Below are positions 38,603 to 45,800 of a stretch of 64,000 bases of DNA, in pieces; within the stretch, counting starts at the first letter, position 1, and every line of letters starts with the position of its first letter. Made by a program: the position numbers and the translations under genes. The notes under the pieces are model-generated. The model did no database searches and was not told where the DNA came from. It saw nothing but the letters and a program-made list of their open reading frames with translations. Source of the DNA: an uncultured Clostridia bacterium (lineage in GTDB: Bacteria; Bacillota; Clostridia; Christensenellales; CAG-917). The stretch is from positions 4,884 to 68,883 of the forward strand of contig CANRBM010000002.1 in assembly GCA_947628855.1 (NCBI GenBank). The letters are read 5' to 3'.

Positions 38603-38743
38603 CGGGATTCGAACCTGCGCAATTTTAGGTGTAAAATTGCGCGCACCGTTTCACGGTGCCACGACCTCGGTCGTGCTGCACGCTTCGCTCCCGAGAGCAA
38701 GCTCTCACGCTCCGCTGTAAGACAAATCCCGCCAGGAACGCCA
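38603..38743. other. tRNA-Arg-derived inverted fragment pair ending in a 19-nt direct duplicate of the tRNA 3' end
   Basis: CGGGATTCGAACC...CCACGACC (reverse copy of the T-arm region, interrupted by hairpins GCGCAATTTTA-GGTG-TAAAATTGCGC and CACCG-TTTCA-CGGTG), then TC, then GGTCGTG...AATCCCGCCAGGAACGCCA. The last 19 nt (38725-38743) are identical to tRNA nt 38536-38554. Confidence 0.7.
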
Positions 38744-38769
38744 AAACCCTCGCGAGGCGAGGGTTTTTT
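38743..38769. terminator. Second terminator after the duplicated tRNA 3' end
   Basis: AAAA-CCCTCG-CGAGG-CGAGGG-TTTTTT. Flanking A- and T-runs make it bidirectional. Confidence 0.7.
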
Positions 38770-38973
38770 GCGCAATCGTGTGCCGATCCGCCTGCGGCGA
38801 AGTCTTGCACGGCGGTGGATTCGTCCCGCTGTCGGCTGCGCCGCCACCGCCACCGTAAGGGCTGAGAAGTGACGGGAAACCTTCACTTCACAGGATCTAT
38901 GAGTTTGCGGCATGATTTGATTTTGTAATGCGGAGTTGTGTACGGCAAAGTTGCTGCGCGCGGCGGGGAAGGA

Positions 38974-39030
38974 GAAATCTAAAGAAATCTTTAGAATTGG
39001 GGCGGAAATCTAAAACTTTCTTTAGAATTG
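38974..39030. promoter_or_regulatory. Two tandem 26-nt operator-like imperfect palindromes
   Basis: GAAATCTAAA-GAAATC-TTTAGAATTG (38974-38999) and GAAATCTAAA-ACTTTC-TTTAGAATTG (39005-39030). The 10-nt arms are identical between copies and only the 6-nt spacers differ. Period 31 nt. They end 20 nt upstream of a -35 box. Confidence 0.5.
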
Positions 39031-39050
39031 AAAGTTTTTGCGTAAAACGC

Positions 39051-39079
39051 TTGATATTTGTTCAATCGTGCAATATTAT
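39051..39079 (+). promoter_or_regulatory. Sigma-70-type promoter of a short transcription unit
   Basis: TTGATA (39051-39056), 17 nt, TATTAT (39074-39079). Confidence 0.5.
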
Positions 39080-39148
39080 GGCAAATGGTAGCGATATATA
39101 CGTGTTTTTCCGTATACAAAGGAAGGCACGGCGCACAAAAAAAGGAGA

Positions 39149-39286
39149 ATGATGATAAAGATAGCGGACAAAGTGATGGACAAGGTGACTGCTCCTTCAT
39201 ACACGGGGGGGGGGTATTGTTGTCGCATATGCCGCACAGGCGACTCTCCAAGTAAAATCCGAACAAAACAGATACAAACGCGATGA
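39149..39286 (+). CDS. Hypothetical 45-codon ORF (Cys-rich) containing a G10 tract; coding status uncertain
   Basis: Below the ORF-track length cutoff. AAAGGAGA directly precedes ATGATG. Translation: MMIKIADKVMDKVTAPSYTGGGYCCRICRTGDSPSKIRTKQIQTR. The unit is bracketed by the promoter at 39051 and the terminator at 39288. Confidence 0.25.
   Translation: MMIKIADKVMDKVTAPSYTGGGYCCRICRTGDSPSKIRTKQIQTR
39205..39214 (+). repeat. Homopolymeric G10 tract
   Basis: Ten consecutive G (39205-39214) encode the GGG of the small ORF. G9 or G11 would switch to other open frames ending at 39299 or 39255. Confidence 0.95.
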
Positions 39287-39287
39287 G

Positions 39288-39312
39288 ATAGAGGGATAGA
39301 CCCTCTATTTTT
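39288..39312 (+). terminator. Intrinsic terminator of the short unit
   Basis: ATAGAGGG-ATAGA-CCCTCTAT followed by TTTT. Confidence 0.7.
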
Positions 39313-39317
39313 CGTTG

Positions 39318-39395
39318 TACCCCACAAAATCACTACGTAATTTTGCGGGGACCCCGAACCAATACCCCACAAAAATACTTTTTGCGGGGACCCCG
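39318..39395 (+). repeat. Two tandem IMR module-H hairpins
   Basis: TACCCCACAAAATCACTACGTAATTTTGCGGGGACCCCG (39318-39356) and TACCCCACAAAAATACTTTTTGCGGGGACCCCG (39363-39395). Confidence 0.85.
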
Positions 39396-39409
39396 AAGCA
39401 GCTCGGACA

Positions 39410-39681
39410 GGGGGATTCCTCGACTACGCTCGGAATGACATCGGGGACACCGTGGACGCTTGGAATGACAGTGTATCAAATGTCATGTTGAGTGGAGCGC
39501 AGCGGAGTCGAAACATCCCATAGTGCAGAGGAAGTGCCTCTTCAAGGGGGATTCCTCGACAAGCTCGGAATGACAATGGGTACTTCGAAACCGCTCGGAA
39601 TGACAGTGTATCAAATGTCATGTTGAGCGGAGCGCAGCGGAGTCGAAACATCCCCTAGTGCATAGGGTGACGAAGTGAGAC
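39410..39681 (+). repeat. Tandem duplication (2 x 136 bp) of IMR module-E composites
   Basis: Each unit reads GGGGGATTCCTCGAC..GCTCGGAATGACA..GCT(T/C)GGAATGACAGTGTATCAAATGTCATGTTGAG(T/C)GGAGCGCAGCGGAGTCGAAACATCCC. Unit starts are at 39410 and 39546. Confidence 0.85.
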
Positions 39682-39854
39682 AATCCCCTCAGTCTGCAAA
39701 GCAGACAGCTCCCCTTGCTAAGGGTAGCCACAAACGGAGAAAGCGCGCGCGTATGTGCGTATATAAATAAAAAACGTAGATAGAAACAAAATAAAAACAA
39801 TATAAAAACAAAATTTCAACGAAGTGTGCGCGATGAGCGCGCAGGGAGGAGAAT

Positions 39855-42800
39855 ATGGCAAGGACAAACAAGTTGAGCAAGATTTTTGTGATTTTGCTGT
39901 TTGTGGTTGTGGCGGCGACGCTGACATTTGCATTTGTGAATGTTCCGATTGGGACAGCAAATGCGGATGAGCCGCTTGTGCTTGAGGGTCAAACGGCAGA
40001 TTATATTGTTACGGCAGATGAAAATCTCCAAAAAAACTATGATGTGACGACCAACACATATACAGCTCCAAAAGGTATGGATTCTGTGATAGTGCTTAAA
40101 GTTCTTGCCCCTACAAGTCTTGGTATTCTTAAATTTAAGTTTGTCCACGGTAGTCTAGCAAGTGGTTACGGTTTGGATGTTTATTTTTCACATAATGGTG
40201 ACGACAGTTTTGAAATAAACGACGGCGATGAATATTTGCCTCATATAGCAGAAATCCATGCTCCAGGATATGAATTGGTTGAACCTGAGCCCATGGATAA
40301 TCTCACATATGAAAATGATATAATAACCATAAATCAACTTTACCCTGGTGATGTAATTAAGATAAAATTTCATAATGCTAAGAAGGGCTCCCCAACGATT
40401 TCCGGATTGAAGATGAACGAGCAAGAATATAGTGTGACAGCAAAGATAGAAGGCGAAGCTCACGGAACTGTTTCAATAGGGGACGATGTCACAAGCGCAG
40501 ACAAAGACAGCGTTTCAGCGAATATTAAAGAAGGGCATACAGCGACATTTACGGTGAAACCCGATGACGATTACTACGCATTTTGGCAAGATTCAACAGG
40601 AAAAGTCGTCGGTTGTGAAAATTCTTTCACAACTGATATGATTTTTGCAGAAACAAATTATATTGTAAGATTTGAGAAATATGTGAGCGCGGGTTCGGAC
40701 GGACAAGCAAAAATAACATACGACAGTACTCTCGACGAAACAGCGGATTTCGGTTGGAAAAAGAGCGACACAGAAGGTCGCTATGAATTGACGGATATAA
40801 AACATTTTGCTACAGGTAATAATGTGCATGCGAGTGCTCCCGGCATACTCACTCTTACGCTCACGTTTGACGGGGAAAAGGTAGTTTCTTTTGATTATCT
40901 TTTGGAACGCGCTATGCAACAAACGAGCGGAGAAATAATTGAATATCCGGTACAATTGCTCCGTCTGTATTTTATCGTAGACGGAGAAGGTGTAACAACA
41001 GATTCGTTAAAAGCAGAGCCCACTGGTGAAGAGGAGTTTTGGAGTGAGCCTTATAACTATAAATTTGAAAAGGGTAGTACAGGATTAAAAGAGACCGCAG
41101 CCGTTACAGATGAACAGGCGGGAACAGGAGCGACTACCTCAATAGAAGCAATGATAAAGGGGGAGGGGCATCATAAGGTCGAATTTGTTATTGTCAGCAT
41201 GTTAACGACCGGCATCCCGTTTTATAAAGATGTGACCAAATGCTATGTTGAAAATATACAAGTCAAAGACCCTACACCGCATACATTTACACTTGATTAT
41301 GATGATAACTTGGGCAATATAATCGTAACTGGGGCAAAAAAAGGTGAGGGCAATTCTTGGACGGGATATGACGGTTTCCCCATTACGTTTGAGGCAAGCA
41401 CAACAGAGGTTGAAAGCTCCCTTGACAAAAAAACGCAAGTTCCCACTCATTTTATCAATTGGACGGTTGGTGACAGTCAACCCACCGATACAACATTGAA
41501 TTTGATGTTCAAAGACGGAAAGTTGACATATGGCGATAAGGAGTTGACGGCAAATGAGGTGAAGGCGTTGTTCCAGGAGGAAACGATAAAGCCGACAGCT
41601 TTCCGCCAAATTTCAAAAGAGACATCGGACACGCAACAGATCACAGACGGCGATGAAGTCAAACTTAATATCAATGAAGCGGCGGAGACTCAGCTTCGCC
41701 TCATCACCGCGGGCTATGGCAAGGAAAATGAAGAGATCGTGTTTAAAGTCAACGGTGCAAACACGTCTTTGCAAACAGTCAAACGTAACGACTCTCTTGG
41801 AGAGTTGGGCGATCTTATGACGGAAGAAATTTTGTCAGAGTTCAACGACGAAGTGCAAGATTTGAAATGGTGGGTGCAACCCAATTTGGGCAAACAGCTT
41901 GTGTTGGAAGTTGCTTACACTTGCGATGGTTATTTTGGCGAGAGCGTTTTAACGATGTATCTCACCTATACCGCAGACGCGAAAGATCTCGGCTTGTCCA
42001 ACAATTCCCTCAACAATGTGTTCACTTCCGACAGCGAAGATGGAGCATATATCACAACAAGCAATCCAAAGGGGGAAGGCGATGAGCTTTGGAGCGCTAC
42101 AAGTGAATGGGAAGGCGACAACGGCTCTATTGTATTTGAAAACAATTTGCACAATATTAACAATCTGGAGCAGTACAGCCCCGGCATAACTTCGGGACAA
42201 GACAGAGACAAATTTTGGTATTACTCATATGTTAGAATCGGCATCAGCCAAAATGGCGGCGCAAAGCGCAAAGGCGTTTTGATGTTTGACATTCGACTTG
42301 ACATAACAGGAGGCAACGGCGACCGAAAAGGCGCTGTCGTGGTCGAGAGAAGAGATCATACGGCAACTAATGGTCCGGAAAGATTTGAAGGTACTGATGT
42401 GGATTACACCCCTACCACTGGTCTAAGTTATAAAGATGGTACTTTTAATAGAAGTTGCATCACATCGGTGTTGGAATATACAAACAAAACGCAAATTTGG
42501 GGGATGAACAATCCGTATGTCACGGATTTGGGCGACGGTTGGTATCGTTGCGCGTTCCCCACGGTGCGCGAGTGCGATTACCTCAGTGAAGACGACAGTT
42601 ACACTCATGATACTTTGCAATATTTCATTTCTTTCGGATTTTCGGGTGACGTATCTGCGCGTTATGCGATACGCAATATGACATTCCGCAACGGCACGGA
42701 CGCAGAATTCAAATTTAATGCGAACGATCCACAAAACAACGGCAATGTCACGGCAAAAGTGGGCGATTCGTCCATTACAAGCGGTCAGACAGTCGCTTTC

Positions 42801-45800
42801 GGCAGCAGAGTGGAGCTGACGGCAACCGAGACCGACGGACAAAAGTTCTACGGTTGGGAAATCATCGACAAAGACAACAATTCAACATTCTATGCCTCTA
42901 CAAGCGTGAGCGGATCGGAATACAAGTTGAGCTACACCGTGCTCGACCCCGTGACGGTGGTCGCGTGGTTTGGCAACGGCGAAGCATATGAGGCGCGCGT
43001 TGGCGGGCATTTCTATGCTACATTGGACGAAGCCGTTAAAGCCGCGAAGGAGCTCGGAACAGCGGATATAGTCATCGTAAAGGACAAAATACATCTTGCA
43101 AGCGATTTGGAGATATCGGCGGGCATTTCGCTAATTCTGCCTTTCTCGGACGAAGGATTGTACTTCGGTTCGGCGGCAAGCAACAAATATAAGACGGAAA
43201 ACAGAATAGCTTGGGCGGACGGCGATGAAAACGCCAACAAATATTTGACATTCTTCATCGACAATACCGCCACGCTGACAGTAAAAGGAAACTTCTTTGT
43301 CGGCGGCGTTGTAAATCACGTCGGGCAGGGCTATCAAGGACACACTTCAGGCGCATATGCCGAGGTGATAAACAACGGACATATTGTCATTCAAGATAAG
43401 GGTGTTATGGACGTCTATGGCAGAGTGAGAGGCACGGGCGACATCGATGTGCAATCGGGCGACCTCAAACAACCTTTCCTCATCCTCGATTTCATGGGCG
43501 GCACAGAAACGCTTGGATTGTTCATGGACGGCGTAACTCCGTTCAAACGCTATGCAATGATAAATATCGAGTGCGATTTTACCATCCACTATGGCGCGCG
43601 TCTTGTCGGACATGCAACTCTTTATGCGCTCCAAGAATTTATATCGTTGGATCAAGCGTTCATCGGCATGAGCGACGACTACGGCAGAGATACGATGATA
43701 ATGCTCAAAGATGGCGCATACGTGACCGCCACATATGACCCGAACAAGGTTGTCGGAGGCGCAACTTCAACCAACTGCACCGAAAAGATAGGCGAAACAA
43801 CATTGCATTTCTATGGCGGCGCATGGTTCAGCTATATGCAATTCACGGCAATGGGAATCACAGTCCCCACAAGCGGCGTGTTCTTCTCTATTCCATACAA
43901 CTACAATCTGCAACTTGACGTCAACGGGAAAGAAGAAGGAACTTATGAGACAAAAACCGACTTCATGATCATGCCGGGCGCGGTCGTGCATGTGTGCGAA
44001 AAGGCAAAGCTGATTCTTCATTCCAACGCTTGGATATACGACGGCTTTGAACAAGCCACAGTGGCAAACAAAACCTATCCCACCGCCTCCGATCTCGAAA
44101 ATGGCAATTATTCGAAGAGCGGCAACCTCATTGTTGACGGTACTTTGGAAATTCAAAAGAAATTCGGATTGAACAACTCGACTGCGCTTCCCGATCAAAG
44201 CAATTTGCAACCCGCGATATTCGTCGGACTTGTTCAAACTACGAGCAATACGGGCAAGATTGTCATTGACTCGCAAGCGATATTGACTTTCAGACCTTTT
44301 GACGGCACGGAGGGGCCGAGTGGCGGAAACTATTTCGCCTATAACTCCACCGCGCGTGTTTGGGACGCGGCGCATGGGTGCTTTGCGGACCTCAAAGCGG
44401 GCAAGACATATACTGCTGTTAAAGGCAAAGAGGGCAATGACGTCACTTTCACGCTGGATTCTATCAAGTATACAAATACAAAACAGAGCGAGACGGATGA
44501 GCTGACCCTCACTCTCGATCAAGAAATGCACGGCAGCTGGATGGAAGATCACAAGGGACATCAACTCGATTGGACTCCCACAGCGGAGGAGCTTGGCAGC
44601 CTCACCCGCGCAAACTTCTGTGAGCTCACGCGCAAATGCTCCGTGATGGGCTGCGACCATAGCACAAGCATGTATCTGTTGAAGGACCTCAATGTCTTGA
44701 CCGCGCAGACCTTCAAGGGCGAGGCGTACACCGATGAGCAATTGAAAGAGATCTTCCTCAAGATGATATTCGGCGAGCAAGCCAATACGGCGAAAGGCAA
44801 GATCACGATCGTGATCGGTCAGCACGACGAGCTGAAGAATGTGCCTGTCTCGCCATATCAAATCGAGATCACGCTGACAGGCGCCGGATGGTGGCTTGCG
44901 GGAAGTAGTAAATATGAGTACGCAAGGACCTTCACCTTCAATATTCAAAAGTACGATATATCCGAGAAGACAGGCTTGACCGTCACAGATATCGGCGCGA
45001 AAACGTATACGGGACAGCAGATCACAGTCAGTGACGTGGACATTCAATTCGCAAATCAAAAACTCGCAAAAGGCACGGACTACACGTTGGGCTTTGGCAA
45101 CAACGTCAATGTCAAGGACGGCGGCACGGTCACCGTCACAGGCGCAGGCAACTTCACAGGGTCGTTTGAACTCAAGTTCAAGATCGATCCTGCGGATATC
45201 TCGGGCGGCACATTGACCGTGCAAGACCCCAACTTTGTCTACAACGGGCAGGCGCAGACTCCGACGAGAGACCATTTGATCATACTAAACGTGGCGGGCT
45301 TTGACAATAGCGTCATAACCGTGGATATCCAAGCTACGGACAATACCAATGCGGGTACGGCGCACGTCACCGTCGAGGGCACAGGCAACTTCACGGGCGA
45401 ATTGTCTGAAACTTTCGATATCAAGAAAGCCACGGCTACCGTCACGCTTACTTCGGCGGCAGGCACCTATGGCGACACGCCTGAAAATATCGCATTCGAG
45501 GTCACGGACTACAAAGTCGACGCGGACAAGGCTATCATTGAAGAAGCCGTGCAGATCACGCATACCGCGACAAGCAACAGCGGCGTGGGCAATTACGCCG
45601 TAAATGTCAAGGTGGGCGAGCTGCAAAACTACGAAGTCAACGTGAAGAACGGAAACAGATCGCAGGATGGCTGGACTGTTCAGAAAGTATACACCGTCAA
45701 TGCCAAGAGCATAGATGGCGCGACGGTCTCCATCAAAGAAGGCAAGACCTACACCTACAACGGCCAGGAGATCACGCCCGCTGTAGGAGAGATCGAGGTC

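Noticed and set aside
38603-38666. Possible second tRNA on the minus strand (GGTTCGAATCCCG T-loop-like sequence)
   Set aside because: I cannot fold a cloverleaf. The T-stem halves do not pair (GCAGG vs CCCGA). There is no matching acceptor stem. The segment is interrupted by a perfect 11-bp hairpin. I treat it as a tRNA-derived fragment.
39424-39651. 75-aa ORF (MFRLRCAPLNMTFDTLSFRA.. repeated twice), and ORFs 21108-21485, 39076-39372, 39618-39960 and 19976-20381 in repeat regions
   Set aside because: The internal peptide duplication merely mirrors the 136-bp tandem DNA repeat. All of these lie within palindromic intergenic repeats, lack an RBS, and the same sequences occur in both orientations elsewhere.
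39410-39681. CRISPR array
   Set aside because: There are only two units with a 136-bp period and no unique spacers between short repeats. No cas genes are in the window. The sequence belongs to the dispersed palindromic repeat family.
39683-39854. Cyclic-di-GMP or other riboswitch in front of the giant adhesin-like gene
   Set aside because: Only a short GTCTGCAAAGCAGAC hairpin loosely recalls the GCAAAGC element of GEMM motifs. The rest of the conserved core is not present. This needs an Infernal/Rfam scan to exclude formally.
43767-45275. 502-aa minus-strand ORF inside the giant gene
   Set aside because: It is a codon-aligned mirror ORF of the 2924-aa gene. Smaller mirror ORFs occur along the whole gene (45285-45959, 45969-46826, 47559-48020).
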